A DNA stretch of 64,000 nucleotides from Candidatus Poribacteria bacterium (lineage in GTDB: Bacteria > Poribacteria > WGA-4E > WGA-3G): contig CBDBFU010000023.1 of assembly GCA_965205025.1 (NCBI GenBank), forward strand, positions 32,001-96,000. Reading direction: 5' to 3'. The first letter of the stretch is position 1; every line of letters starts with the position of its first letter. The position numbers and the translations under genes are program-made. Shown here in pieces: positions 63,636-64,000 of this stretch. Under the pieces are notes generated by a model. It saw nothing but the letters and a program-made list of their open reading frames with translations, made no database searches and had not been told where the DNA came from.

Positions 63636-64000
63636 ATAGTTTTCCTTATCTGGTTACAATTTCTAATTTATAATGTTTCATTATCATTTCTGAAGAAAAC
63701 CCCTAAATCCTCTTATCAGTGGGATGTCTGATCTCTAACTTACAGTGGATTCAAATAGAAATGGTATTATTCAACGTCTTTGAAATTATATCATGCTTGG
63801 GTAAAAACGGCAAAGAAAGTCGGATGGAATTGGTTATGAGAAGTATGAAAATTTCGTTGATGTTGTTTGGTATAAGGGTGTGACCTATGAATGATAATAT
63901 TAGGTAGGTTAATGCCGATAAGAGTATGTATCAAGGACAATTGTTTAGCATTTTTTGATACGTGTTAGTTAAATCCACATAGACGTCAATTTCGTGCAAT

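Overview
AT-rich bacterial chromosomal segment, most likely from Candidatus Poribacteria. This is an inference from the LamG-type proteins ending in V-D-x-x-x-K-L-x-T-T-W-x-x-L/I-K, the several PhyH dioxygenases and sulfatases, and the LRR/WD40/TPR proteins. About 1-51.4 kb is catabolic and housekeeping: 2 sulfatases, 3 PhyH, amidase, gluconolactonase, 3 Gfo/Idh/MocA enzymes, GlcD-like oxidase, RND pump, GH88, rfaE2, hisA, sugar ABC genes, CDF, coaE, modABC, a Mo-oxidoreductase, MFS and an enolase-superfamily enzyme. It also holds hicAB, an AAA-ATPase/nuclease-like pair, a degenerate EF-Tu paralogue and an apparent GlmU-like/DUF89 fusion. 53.3-63.6 kb is a defence island: FRG-TPR, type III Res, a second FRG-TPR, type III Mod (split by a clean IS630 insertion), DUF2806, and a convergent TIR plus membrane-protein pair. 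The large intergenic regions (2.1-2.5, 3.2, 16.9-17.4, 18.1, 19.7-21.5, 51.4-53.2 kb) are mosaics of REP-like hairpins, nested MITEs and a family of modules with a central AAACCC..GGG core flanked by inverted iteron-like arms. At least eight genes or gene segments are broken by 1-nt indels in homopolymer runs, which probably reflects sequencing error. No rRNA, tRNA or CRISPR array was recognised.
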